A stretch of DNA of 64,000 nucleotides from Leidyana gryllorum EB-2025a (GCA_048772705.1 JBLWGC010000177.1:62001-126000); one strand, 5' to 3'; shown: positions 1 through 11,746, counted from the stretch's first letter. Notes: generated by a model not told the origin, from the letters alone. Numbers and translations are program-made.

Positions 1-2
1 TC

Positions 3-679
3 GGGCAGCCGGAGAGTCAATTCTATGTTCAGAATCCCTGGGCGGATCCAAATTATGTGCCAGTCATATCGTGGGGGCCGATTACCCATGTCAAAGCAAC
101 TGACACGACCCATGGGGGCCCAAAATCACGTGACACATCGACGAGGCGCGCCGGGAGTACGCAGTTACTATCGGAGCCGTTTGCGAGAACGGAGGTGAAG
201 GGTGCGAGTACGGAGACAGATGGCGCGAGACGGAGTCTCCGGAAACGTCTGGCGAACAGCATGAGTGGGCTGACGAGGAGTCTGAGTGCGCGGATGTCGC
301 GCAAGAAGGACAGAGCTCCTTCCGAGAAGACTGTCAAGAGACACCGTACGGATGCCGGGGAAAAGCGAAGTGAGCGACTTGGGGGTGAGGCACGCAATTA
401 ATGTGTTTTCGGTGCGCAGGGTTTACAAAGGACTTGAAGCCGGTGATTCTGGGAGGATCTAATGTTGAGCATCGGAGACCACTCGAGCCCGAGTACCGTT
501 ATCCAGTGATATCGAGGGCTATGGCTCAGGACCAATTGAAATTGGGATCGCAGCCGGTGCGTCAGCCGTGGGAAGAAGACACAGAGGCTGACGTGGAGGC
601 GTGGCTGAGGCGGATGAATATGATTGTGGCAGAGAGACGAAAGAGTTTCAGTCAGCTGGACGCGGAGTCATCGTCGTAA
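3..679 (+). CDS. Hypothetical basic protein, probably 5'-truncated by the window edge; intron 385-419
   Basis: The frame is open from position 3. A 35-nt GTGAGG...CAG intron joins ORF 57..401 in frame to ORF 401..679. No recognisable domain. Confidence 0.5.
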
Positions 680-769
680 TTGAATGAATGCATCATGTGC
701 TGCGTATGAATGGTGATTTGGGCTCGCATGAGACTCACATGACACATATTCTGTGGCTCAATTCACACA

Positions 770-3000
770 ATGCATTTACCCCCAGTTTACTACGCCTTCA
801 TCTTGGAGTATCTGACTATTGATGAATTCCCTCGATTTCGAGGAGTCTCGAGAAACTGCCGACGGGGAGTCGATCGTCATTTAATAACCCGAAAGATCAA
901 CATCGATAACGACCACGCGAATAGCCCCCAACTATTCGATCTCCGCAATTGGCCGCATATGAATGACTGGCTACGCCGCTCGGCCATTCCCCTCGAAGAG
1001 TTGACACTCCGAGAGGACATGACCTCCCACGGTAGTTGTTGGGACGTCTTTGTCACTTTGGCTCGTGTTGGACTCCCAAACTTGAAGAAACTCACAATGA
1101 CTGTGAGATTCCCAACAAGCTATGACATGACGAGTCTCCTGGAAGTCTCTCTCCCACAACTGACTTACTTCAAGTACGAAGACGCCGACCCCTTCTCGAA
1201 AAAGGTCGCGCCTCTCTGGAGACTCAGCGCGCCCAAACTCAAAAGACTGATCATGTCGGCTACGTGTCTCGACACCATTGATGCAGAACTGGCCAACCCA
1301 TACCGGCGCCAGCTCCGCGGCTTCCGCGGGGGCGAGACACGCAATAAAACCCGTTTCGTCTTTGATCGCAGTTTGATTGATGGCTATGCTGCCTTTATGT
1401 ACAATGACAGAGAACAAGACGTCAGTGTCGCTCGTTGGGACGAAGACGGTCTCACGTTCCGAGCCGAACCCCCAAATGTCCACTCGCCTCTCAGCAGAGA
1501 GGACTCACCCGACTTGCACACCAATCAAGTCTTCGGCCTGGAACTCAAGAGTCCAGAGTATTGGACCAAAGATCCCGAGCGGTGAGTTCTGCGCGGCAAT
1601 CTTCAGTTTGATATATTTTCTTCACTTTCTCCTTCAGAGTAGAAGAAACCCGCATGGGACTCATCACTTATTCGAGAAACTTCAAGTCCTCATGGCACCG
1701 TCCCATAGTCGAGGCCATTATGGACTGCAAAGGAGAATCCGTTCCTGTCACTTGGTGCAGCGGACAGCACTGGAAGTGGCGTGAACTGGCGGAGACGCAT
1801 CAAATTAAGGGTCTATTCGACTGGGTCGATGCTGTCCCGCTCGGTCACTACCTCACTGGCGATGAGGAAATCATAGAGCGGTCTGTCAGACATATGCTGT
1901 ACGTCGGAGACCAATTCCGGAGCCGCCGCTTCAAGTGGAACACTGGGTGGGAGATCGTTATCCCCAATGAGTGCGTCGAGTTTGTCGGAGACGGAGGGAT
2001 TCAAGTCTCAGAAGTCATCTCGCCCTGCCATCCAGAGATGATCCGACTGAAGGCCATCGAGTTGGGGATGCGGACGTGGAGAGCCATCGGCCAAACATCC
2101 GGCCACCCGAGACCCCAGTGGCCCGAGAACTGTTTGGTGATAGTGCGCACTCCCTGGGAATCATTGCCCAAGAATGCCGAGCAAGCAGCCTTACTGGCCA
2201 ACACTATTTCCTTCTGGAAGATCAATCGAATTGTCATTACCGGGAACATAGATAGAACTGTCCCAATATTCTGGACCTATATGGCAATGTACACAGCCAA
2301 AATTCGAGCTCATCAAGAATGCTATCTCTTCCTCCACACTGTCAGCTACTTTCATCCGCTGTGGCTGGAAGTCCTTCGCGAGATGATATCGGGCGATCTC
2401 TCCGAGCCCACCCTCCGGAATATCCTTTCTCACGTCGGGATGCCGGATTTGGAGCGTTACATTCCTCGCCCCCCGCCGCCGGCGACGGTTGAAGAGGGGG
2501 AAGAGGCTCCTGAGAACCCTCCGGATCCGGATCCACGCGACCCCACACTTTACGACAAATGGGCTGAAATTGACCATTTGGTCGCCGAGATACAGAGCCG
2601 TGGACGAAGCGTCGGCAAGTTGGAGGGCCGACAATTAGAGGAGTTCCAAAGATTCTATTCGGCCGCGGCGAGTACGATAAAAAAGGTACCCTTTCTGCAA
2701 GCCCGGGGGGCTGTCTGGCCCCAATACACAGTGGGCAAAATCTCCCTCGGGTCGGAATGGTTTATCCACAACCTTTTGCACGCCGACTCCTTCGATGAGC
2801 TTTCCGGATGGGGCATCCCCGAAGCCTTCCCGAGTTTGTTCTCCGACGAGCTGGAGGCCGGCTTCGCTTTGCCGCCTCCCCCCTCCCCCCGAGACGGAGA
2901 GAATGATCGATTAGACGTCTTTCTCGCAGAGGATCCCCCAGAGGACGGTTTCGCGCCCTTCCAGATGTTTGCTGTAACCATCACTCGCTCCGCGGGCTGA
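770..3000 (+). CDS. F-box-like family paralogue 1 (~724 aa); exons 770-1581 and 1638-3000
   Basis: N-terminal LPPVYYAFILEYLTIDEFPRFRGVSRNCR fits the F-box pattern. A 56-nt phase-2 GTGAGT...CAG intron joins ORFs 770 and 1654 in frame. C-terminal motifs are shared with paralogues 2-4. Confidence 0.75.
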
Positions 3001-3275
3001 TTTCTATTGTCACTGGAACCCTTCTCACAACACTCGTAGACGTGACCTGCCACTCTACACAGACCCTCTGACTCCCACACAGGGAGTCCACGCTGGCATG
3101 TAGAGCCGGAGCGTCCAGCCGGTGGCCACAAGCCAAAGGCTCGGCTCTCATTCTGGGCTGATGCCACCGCCACTTCCTCGCAACAGGGCGTTCCCGAATG
3201 CGGGCAGCTCAGAGATTGTCGTTGTTAGCCCGAATACGTTGAATAAGAATTTGTGCCATTGCAGGGGGAGCCGCG

Positions 3276-4920
3276 ATGCAACGGCTGGGAGCTATAATAT
3301 TGGATCAGATATTGGACTACGTGACCACTCTGGATCTTGTGTACCTGAGAGGAGTGTCCAGAGGATGGCTTGAGCACATCGACAACCATCTGGTCTCCAC
3401 CCACCTGGAAGTGGTGTTAGACAGCTCTCTGGCGATCACCGCCAGACGGAGGGCATTCGGGCTGTGGGAGCGGTTTGACGCGTGGCTTTCGCGGTCAGCC
3501 CCGGCCTTACGCCGTGTTGTCGTCAAGACAAATGGCTCCGACGCTGGCAAGCAAGTCCTCTTCAAGGTGATGGCACAAAGAGGTCTCCCGGTGTTGCAGA
3601 GTTTGTCTGTGATGTGGCTGTGCCCGCCAGTGGCCGTTTCTGAGGTGCACAGCTGGAAGCTGCCCGCCTTGGAGTATCTGGAGTTCCTCATTGTTCGCAG
3701 TGACATGACAGTGGATTTAGAGGCGCCTAAATTGGACACCATATTGATCGATGAAAGCTCGCTGCCTTTCCTCCACACAAAGCTGATGGACCCTTTCAGG
3801 AGACGCGAGCGGCCCAATCTGATTCTCTCCGAGGAACCACTGGTCTTCAACGCCAGATTGCACAACGGCTGGGCTCCCTTGTCGGCACTGAACCGCGAGG
3901 TTCGTGGGATCCTCACCGGCTGGGAAAAAGTCCCTCAGTTGAACCAAGGACAGAGTAAGATGCTGGTGCCGTGTCGGCTATGCTGCCCACTTGTCTCAAG
4001 CTGCCAGAGACTTCCGGAGGCTGATGTGTCTGAGGAATCGGTTTTTGAGACAGCGGTGGTCGCCGTGGGTTCTGGAAGCTATGCGTAGTGCTGATGTCGT
4101 AGGACCCCTGGCGGACAGCGAATCCATCATGATCACTCCTGCGTGGTGGGAATGTGCTGACACGGGTGACATCTCGGAGGTACCGTCGTGCATCCGCCGT
4201 CTGCCGTTGATCCCGTATGGCCACCAGCAGTCGTGGAAGAACGCGGACGGGGGCGCGCTGGCGGGTGACCATCCAGCGTCCTTCCAGGAAGGTCTGCTGA
4301 CGAGAGAGCATACGGCATCGTTCGCACTCTGCTCGCAGCGATCGACGATGGACCTTTTCCGGAATGCCAATATCACTCGGATTTTGTTGATCAGAGGGTT
4401 TTCGAGTAGCGAGGAGATTCTCTGGACTTACATTCTGTGTCTCCGTTTACGCCAAGTTGGTCATATTGTTCGAATTTCAATGGCTTGTTGTGGATTCTTT
4501 CCCCGGATATGGAGGAAACTGATACTCGAGATGAGCTCCGGACGGTACAGTGAAGACACCTGGTACGAGGTGCTGAATTACTTGACAATCAAACCATTTG
4601 GGCTGGAAGCTATCGATGCTGAGTACCCCCGCTTGACTGCTCTCGGCAGAGCGTCTCTGAGTCGACGGCAGGGAGTGGGGCCCCGGTGCGGCAACAAACT
4701 TTTCCAGTCGTGGTACAGAGACATGTTGCAGAGCACCTTACCCTCATCTGTAAAGGCAACGGATGTGTATGGGGAGATTGGGGACATAAGGCCGGACTCC
4801 CCCTGGTGGATTTGGAGGATGGCGAGCGGCGACAGAGCGACGTTGTCGAAATGGGGAGTCCCGGATCACCTGCCGTGTCCAGTGGAGGATTGGGAGTGTT
4901 TGTGTGATGTTTGGCCATAA
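3276..4920 (+). CDS. F-box-like family paralogue 2 (~532 aa); exons 3276-3954 and 4001-4920
   Basis: F-box-like LGAIILDQILDYVTTLDLVYLRGVSRGWLEHID. A 46-nt GTAAGA...AAG intron restores frame. Shared motifs WLSRSA, LILEMSSG, IGDI and WGVP. Confidence 0.72.
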
Positions 4921-4978
4921 AAGTTGTTGGTGGATGTGTTAAATTTGCATTGAGATCGATCTTTGTAATTAGAAATCT

Positions 4979-6962
4979 ATGGCATCATTCCTCGCGTTAT
5001 GCCAAATTGTGGACTTTCTGTACCCAAATGAGCTCGTGCGATTCCGACGATTGTCTCGGCGGGCGTATAACTTTGTTGATAACATGTCACGGTCGTCTCA
5101 TGTTGTTATCAGTACGGCTAACAATGTTGCGGGAAGATGGACGAAAATGACAAGATGGTCGAGTTTGATAATGTGGTTGAAGCGTTCCGCCTCGGTGGCG
5201 GAAATATTGGATCTCGAGGGGGCTGGAGATGATGAGTGTCGGGGTCTCTGGTCTGCTTTTAGCATAATGTGTTCCGAAGGAATGCCACGTCTGCGAACCT
5301 TGCGACTACGGTTCGACCTCTCTCCGGTGTCATACGAGTCTCGAATTGAGTGCACTTTACCACGACTCAAATATTTGGAGCTCAACAGCAATAGGCAGCC
5401 ATGTGTACACGCTGATTGTGTATTATTGAGCCTCGATGCCGCGGAACTGGAAACTGTCAAGCTGAGTTTGGGGGAGTTGCATCATGTTGACACCCAATTA
5501 ATCAACGACTTCCGGGATGAGCTCTTGTCTCAAAGGGATTCAGGGATGTGGAAAGCCACAATACTCGTGAACCAAAGGTTCCCTCGAGGCTGGACTGAGC
5601 TCAAACTGCCCTTCTTCTTCTCAGACATTATACACGCATTAGAAAAGGAAGGAATCAAAACCAAGAATCTGCCCCTACCATTCTGGCCCGACCATGTTGA
5701 TCCTGACATCCCAATCCGTCATTGGCAGTGCCGTGAAAGGTGAGCCGCTTTCAACACCTCCCTCCCCTCAGCCAACCCTGTCATGTGGCCTCTTTGTTTC
5801 CAACAGAGACATCAAACAAGTACAATTTTATGTGTTCGAGTACTCTCGAAGATTGTGGCAATCTCATTGTCCTTCAGTGATCCAAGCTATCCACGACCAT
5901 TGCGACAAAATCTCAATTCCACAGAGGCCACAGTGTCGGCCTCAGCCCTGGCTGCACTTTGCAACTTCTGGCGACCTTTCGAATCTTCCTCCATGGCTCA
6001 AAACGCTACCGGTGGTATCGCACTCCCACCAGCCGCACTTTGACTGGACCAAATGTGTCCGATGGACGAGCCATCACGGTCGCCATTTGAACATTGAGCA
6101 TTCTCAAGTGCAAACCTTCATTGGTGTTATGAGCTTCGCTCCCACTGGTCTGCATCAGTGGCCTGACTTTGAGGCCTTGAGCGATCTGCGAGCGATCGAG
6201 ATGAGTTCGAAGGCTTGGCGGCTATTGTCCGAGTGTCTACACGGCAAACGTATCAATTGGCCTCCGTCAACTAGCAGTATTATTCTCAAGGGTTCAGCAA
6301 CCCAATTCCCCACTGACGGAGTGAGCGCAATCGAGTTTCTGACTTCAATTCGTCTATGCCGAATCAATCATCTGGTCCTAACTGGCGACTTGGCTCACTC
6401 CTGGACAATATTCTGGGTATATTTGATCGCCTATACGCTCCACAGGCAAGACAATGTCACACTTCGACTCACACAACACACCGTACGGTACTTCCCGCGT
6501 GTGTGGAGACGGCTGCTCTTGGAGCTGGCCTCTGGCGACTTCACCCAAGACACTTTACGCTCTGTCCTGATCTACTGTGGCGTAAAGGAGGTGGAAGACT
6601 GGTTGCCGATGACCAGATCTATGGACGAATTGGAGAGCCACTGGCAAAGTTTGGGACTTTTTCTGAGGGCCACTCACGTAGAATCACGAGATGTGGGCGC
6701 GATATCATCTGACGATTACCGAGGCGAGTTTGAGGACTGGTACAAGCAGCTCCTCCAAGAGACGTTGCCAGATGTACTGGAAAAGTGCCAAATGAGCTCG
6801 TCTTCAGAAGTGTTGGAAATTGGCAGGATTTCCTTGACCTCGACTTGGTATCTGCAGCGACTGTTTTCCGGTGCTCTGAGTGAACTCGCGGCCTGGGGAA
6901 TCCCCCTTACACTCCCAACTGTTCTTCCTTTGTCGTATATTGAGAAGCAAGAAGGTGTGTAA
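4979..6962 (+). CDS. F-box-like family paralogue 3 (~638 aa); exons 4979-5739 and 5807-6962
   Basis: Degenerate F-box LALCQIVDFLYPNELVRFRRLSRR. A 67-nt phase-2 GTGAGC...CAG intron lies at the same protein position as in paralogue 1. Shared C-terminal motifs. Confidence 0.72.
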
Positions 6963-7249
6963 TTAGTAAGTACCCTCCCTTTACTGCCTATGATGTCCAG
7001 ATCACCGGCGTATTGGACCGTAATCTACCGATAATGCGCGACCATCTATGAATTGGTGTTCTGTTTGTTGTGTAATGCGATTGTTTGATGAAAAGGTTTC
7101 TGTTTGTTTGTAAGGTGTTCCATACATAAGCACCACCCGATTAACCTATTCCGTCTCGGTAACCACAGTGGTGATTCAGTGATCCAACTCGCTTCAATTC
7201 GATATTCTTGACATCCAGAGCTCTCACAAGCACAACTCCAGCTTCAGCA

Positions 7250-10200
7250 ATGCCGACCCGACAGACTATCTTCCGTTCCGGCAGAACGCTGCCGCTCCAC
7301 AGCAGCGTTATAATCGATTTCATCGAACAGGAAGTCCAACACATCAACGAAGAAGGACTTCCCCGCCCAGACGACCCGTTTGGGCTCGGTGACATAGTGA
7401 CAGGGAAGCGCAACAGCTTTGCTAACCGCGTTGACCTGTCACTAGACATTTTCGACGCGTTCGACGCCAACCATCCCCAAATCCCTATAGCGCAGCTAGT
7501 AGCGGACCAAAGGGCGGCGCGTCGACCGGTCTTGGACCCAGATCGTCCAGAGATCTCGAAAGAGATACTTCGCCTGGACGAACTGTGGCAGATGGATCTC
7601 AACATGTCAGGAGAACCTTCACCCGAACTCCTGACAAGTGAGTCCAGCAAAGAAGCAGAAAACGATGGCGACGAAGATGTCACGAAAGGTGGTTGCGCAA
7701 TGGTTCTGAAATCTGTGGGAAAACTCCGCATACTCAAACAGCCATTCATACGCTGGTTTGTGCACAGCAAACGCGTGCAGACAAGTTCGTGCTCAGACAA
7801 TCTGGGTACATCAAGTGCTGATTTACACAAAACGCTCATTCCAGACATGACTTCTTCCGTCATGCCAAACCAGATCAATCCGACGCTCACCACTCCTGAG
7901 CCCCTTTTAGCCCGCCCAAAAGCCAGCAAGCACCACAGCCCGCTCCAGAAGCTGCTTACGCCTTCGAAATGGGTTTGGTCACGGCTCAGATCTCACAAGC
8001 GTCATCGTTCCGCACGTGGGGACAGCACGGCCTCGTCAAATCCGCAGCAAACTCCCCAGCCTACTACAGTCACGGTTGATCCGGCCAAGAATACTTTGTC
8101 ACCAGCCAAGGAGGGTACAGACACGGCATTAGGTACAGCTGCGGTTGCATCGCGATCAGCTCATTCCGTTTCGCGAAAAGCTTCGTCCGCTGAAGCAGCC
8201 GACGCTTCGGCCTCGGACGTCTCCGTCCCTGACGCCCAAGGCGCTTCTGCCTCTGACGTCTCTGACAACGAGTCTGTCCCGGCCATTACCGTCGCCGAGC
8301 AGCCACGAGCCGAGCCCTCTGCTACCTCGCAGGTGTCTGATTCTGAGCCGTGTTCACCCAGAGAAGATGCTGTTGCTGAACGAATGCGGGAGTATGCTGA
8401 TGTTGTGGCTGAAATTCCCGAAGCTCGATATCTGGCCAGGGAGTTGGCGGAATCTGGTCCCCGAGTTAAGTTAGATCATAAACCCTTCAAGTACCGCGGG
8501 CCTTACGAAGAGCCCCGATTCTACACACCCGCAATGGGTTCCTGCCCGTCCCCCCGAGACGAAGACGACACTTTATATGACAGGCCTCGATTTGATTATA
8601 AGGAGAAATACCTCGCCAGATTGATTGAACGGCGTACTGCTGGTCCGGGCGACAGCCCAGAGATCTTTGAGCGACCCTTTGTACCGACCCGAGGGATCCA
8701 AGGTCCCGATATCCTAAGTTCGGGCGGAGTTCTGCAACCGTTTCCGAGAGGGGCGACCCCGGGTAGCTTCCCCGAGCTCACACTTGTTACTCCCTATTGG
8801 TTCCGCGACGTTGTCAATTTCCGCCGCCAGGATCCTCGGCTATTCGCCGGGATGACGCAGGGCGAGTTTGCGCAATTGTACCCCGCCTTGAAGGCCGAGC
8901 TCTTTCCGGGAATGATCGTTGAAGCTTTCCCCGAGACCCTGGCATTGAGTTCCTGCGGGTCCGGCATTCGATTGAAGCGCGGGGTTTCCCCCTTCCCAGG
9001 CATTATTCCCCGCCGCAAGGTGGCTCGAGCCTTCCATAGACTTCCTGTCAAGTTGGTCACCCACATCTGCGAGTTCCTTCTGCCCGAACACCTGCCCCGT
9101 TTGCGAGGTGTTTCCAAGGAGTGGCGGACGATTATCGATCAATCGGTCGCGAATGACCGCATTGTATGCGATAGTCTAAATAACCTGCTCCGCCAGTGGA
9201 AGATCTGGTCGCATTGGAACACCCAAATATTGTGGAGTCAACGCTCTGCTGCCTTGGCCACGGAGGCCAGGTTCAGAACGCACCCACTGGTGGCATCGTA
9301 TCTCCAGGAACTCATTGACTTTCACGCTGAAGGAGGTGCGGATGTGCTCGAAAAGCTCGTTGTGACCGGGGCTATCGGCTCCGAAGTCAAATCTGACACA
9401 TCGATGAGCGCGCTCAAAACGCTTATTATCCGATACTTCCGCCCTCTTAGACAGACCACTGCGCCCTGGAAGTTCAAAATGATCTGCCCGAACCTTCAAA
9501 CCATAGTGTTCCCGGGGGCCGACTTGCGCAACATTGACATGGCTCTCGTGAAACCGTTCCAGAAACGTGAGGTTCTCGAGTTCATCAACAGGCCACTGAG
9601 ACGCCACATTATGGATCCGATGGTGACTGTCCGTACCATTTACATGCTGGTAGACAGGGATCTCGGCGGACCGGGAAAGCCCGACTACACACTCTTACAG
9701 GCGACTTTCCCCTCGAACGCCACGTGGAACGAACCCATATGTCTACCCCCATCTGAGTGGAAGGATCAGCGGATGCTCTACGGCACATTGACCCCGCCAA
9801 AGGATCTTTTCGGGTCCGGAGCCGAGGAACAGTTGAAGAACAAATCATTGACTATCGATGAGAAATACGAAGTCGTCAAGGAGTGGGGCGCCGAGAAGTG
9901 GATCGAGTGGCCCTCCAAACTCACCCACGTCGTACCCTTCCTCCGGAAAAACACGGAGAGAATGAAAGCATTGTTCCCTCTGAGCACTCTGAAAGCCATC
10001 CCCGAAGTCCTCGTCCCCGTCAAAGTCTTCGATACGTGGCAGGTGCCCAGCAAGACCTGGAGAGAGCAGTTCAGCTTCACCACCGTCAAGAAAGTCCCAA
10101 GCTGGGTGTCGACTTTGCCCGTGGCGCCCATCAAATTGCTTCCCGTTGGACAGTGCGTTGCGGAGTACACAGAAAGGCCGTACATGTCCACCCGCTGGGC

Positions 10201-11293
10201 CGATGAACTGTACTTTAGCGATGCCACTGTGGGTGGCCTCGAAATACTCGACAGAGTCTTCGACATGACCAAACTCATCTCCATCGACGTCACCATGGAA
10301 ACCTGGGAAAGACTCAGATGTCTCAACATTGAGAAGAACGGCCGCAACACACCCTTCCTGCCAAATGTTCAGTACAAAACCCTTCGTATAACCACAGTGG
10401 ATACTGTACCGGCCACCCCTCAGCACGTCTTCAAAGTCGTCAACCTGATGAGAGAAATGAAGATCAACCAAATCCTCCTCACCGCCGCTCCCGTCTCCTC
10501 CATCCACTGGTTCTGGTTGTATGTGACTCTCTTCCTTTACAACTGGCACAACCAGAAAGACTCGCTGTCGCCCGAGTTCGACCGCTTACTCGACCTGGCG
10601 CGCGACTATCAAGTGGAGGCAGGACTCTGCGCCCCCGTCAAGTCCAACCCCGTCTATACCAGGTGGCAGAAACTGCACCGGAAATTCCAGACATACTATC
10701 ATGGCGCCGAGTATCACGAGACATTGAAACGTGAAGCCTTCCACGCTGCCAGAGAGGCTCATCGGCGTACCTCAAAACACTATTGCCATCTCACCATCCG
10801 TGGCACCTATTACTGGACGGAACTGTGGCGACAACCCATATTCGAAATGATCTGCGGCGTATTCAGTTCTCACACCATGTCCAAGATTATCAGCACAATG
10901 GAGGTCGACGAAATCGCCGGTCAAAACTTCCTTGACTATCACTGCCATGAGAAAATCCTCAGAATTGCCCATCTCACTGGAATGGCCTTCGGCCACAGAA
11001 ACGTTGAAGAAGGCCAACACATTGGTGCGCGGTGCTCAGAAAATACCGAAGAATGGGATCGCTACCTTCTCACTCTTCGCAATGTATCCCACCCCATATT
11101 CTTCCCCACCAATGCGTCCAAGCGTCTAAGCCGGGAATTCGGCCGTGACAATTATGCCATCGTCATTGGTGAAATCAGCGCCTATCATTCCTGGTACTAC
11201 AGGAGAATCACGGATCCTGACACCAAAGGACGTGAGCTCAACGATTGGAACGTTCCTGTCATCCTCCCCTCGGTCCTCCCTGATATGCTCTAA
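7250..11293 (+). CDS. F-box-like family paralogue 4 (~1347 aa) with a ~600-aa N-terminal extension
   Basis: One long ORF with first ATG at 7250. Internal F-box LPVKLVTHICEFLLPEHLPRLRGVSKEWRTIID starts at 9041. Shared motifs WSQRSA, FWLY, IFEMICG, IGEIS and WNVPVILP. Confidence 0.75.
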   Translation: MPTRQTIFRSGRTLPLHSSVIIDFIEQEVQHINEEGLPRPDDPFGLGDIVTGKRNSFANRVDLSLDIFDAFDANHPQIPIAQLVADQRAARRPVLDPDRPEISKEILRLDELWQMDLNMSGEPSPELLTSESSKEAENDGDEDVTKGGCAMVLKSVGKLRILKQPFIRWFVHSKRVQTSSCSDNLGTSSADLHKTLIPDMTSSVMPNQINPTLTTPEPLLARPKASKHHSPLQKLLTPSKWVWSRLRSHKRHRSARGDSTASSNPQQTPQPTTVTVDPAKNTLSPAKEGTDTALGTAAVASRSAHSVSRKASSAEAADASASDVSVPDAQGASASDVSDNESVPAITVAEQPRAEPSATSQVSDSEPCSPREDAVAERMREYADVVAEIPEARYLARELAESGPRVKLDHKPFKYRGPYEEPRFYTPAMGSCPSPRDEDDTLYDRPRFDYKEKYLARLIERRTAGPGDSPEIFERPFVPTRGIQGPDILSSGGVLQPFPRGATPGSFPELTLVTPYWFRDVVNFRRQDPRLFAGMTQGEFAQLYPALKAELFPGMIVEAFPETLALSSCGSGIRLKRGVSPFPGIIPRRKVARAFHRLPVKLVTHICEFLLPEHLPRLRGVSKEWRTIIDQSVANDRIVCDSLNNLLRQWKIWSHWNTQILWSQRSAALATEARFRTHPLVASYLQELIDFHAEGGADVLEKLVVTGAIGSEVKSDTSMSALKTLIIRYFRPLRQTTAPWKFKMICPNLQTIVFPGADLRNIDMALVKPFQKREVLEFINRPLRRHIMDPMVTVRTIYMLVDRDLGGPGKPDYTLLQATFPSNATWNEPICLPPSEWKDQRMLYGTLTPPKDLFGSGAEEQLKNKSLTIDEKYEVVKEWGAEKWIEWPSKLTHVVPFLRKNTERMKALFPLSTLKAIPEVLVPVKVFDTWQVPSKTWREQFSFTTVKKVPSWVSTLPVAPIKLLPVGQCVAEYTERPYMSTRWADELYFSDATVGGLEILDRVFDMTKLISIDVTMETWERLRCLNIEKNGRNTPFLPNVQYKTLRITTVDTVPATPQHVFKVVNLMREMKINQILLTAAPVSSIHWFWLYVTLFLYNWHNQKDSLSPEFDRLLDLARDYQVEAGLCAPVKSNPVYTRWQKLHRKFQTYYHGAEYHETLKREAFHAAREAHRRTSKHYCHLTIRGTYYWTELWRQPIFEMICGVFSSHTMSKIISTMEVDEIAGQNFLDYHCHEKILRIAHLTGMAFGHRNVEEGQHIGARCSENTEEWDRYLLTLRNVSHPIFFPTNASKRLSREFGRDNYAIVIGEISAYHSWYYRRITDPDTKGRELNDWNVPVILPSVLPDML

Positions 11294-11746
11294 CCCCTAT
11301 TCGGGAGTCAAGATCGAGGTTGATTCAAACTTGAGTTGATGTAACAACGCACATCACTCATACGAGCTCCTGCTCGCCTTATATGCATTGATCTCCCTAT
11401 ATGCTCGTGTGTGCGTGTTCATGTAGTAACGCTTTACCAAGCAATGTGTAATATTTATGTAAGTTCACTTGTAATGTTACCACGTAAGCTTATGCCATGT
11501 GCCGTGTTGTTTCACGACTTGATGACGCATTCATTACACATCTGGCAGCACCATTGTGGCCGAGCGCACACGTGTGTAGCCGCGCCCGGTCTCCTGCCTT
11601 ATACCGTCTTTGCTTTGCAGCGCTCAACCGCGTCCTTTTTCTTACATAAATGTCACCCACGTCGCACAGTTGAACGCGGTAGGCGTTTGTGACTCTTTTC
11701 CACAGGCGTGTGTGTATCTGAAGAGCAAAGATTACCACCCTGTCAC

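Noticed and set aside
3128-3150. Minus-strand gcctttggct resembling U2 snRNA stem I
   Set aside because: The U2 branch-point recognition sequence and Sm site are absent.
770-6962. Split ORF pairs read as frameshifted pseudogenes, programmed frameshifts or two-gene operons
   Set aside because: Each break is bridged exactly in frame by a short GT-AG intron, at a matching position in paralogues 1 and 3.
11294-11746. 450-nt gap upstream of VPS4 as a possible ncRNA or small gene
   Set aside because: No recognisable RNA motif or credible ORF. GTAAGC...TTTGCAG and GTAGGC...CCACAG signals suggest 5' UTR introns.
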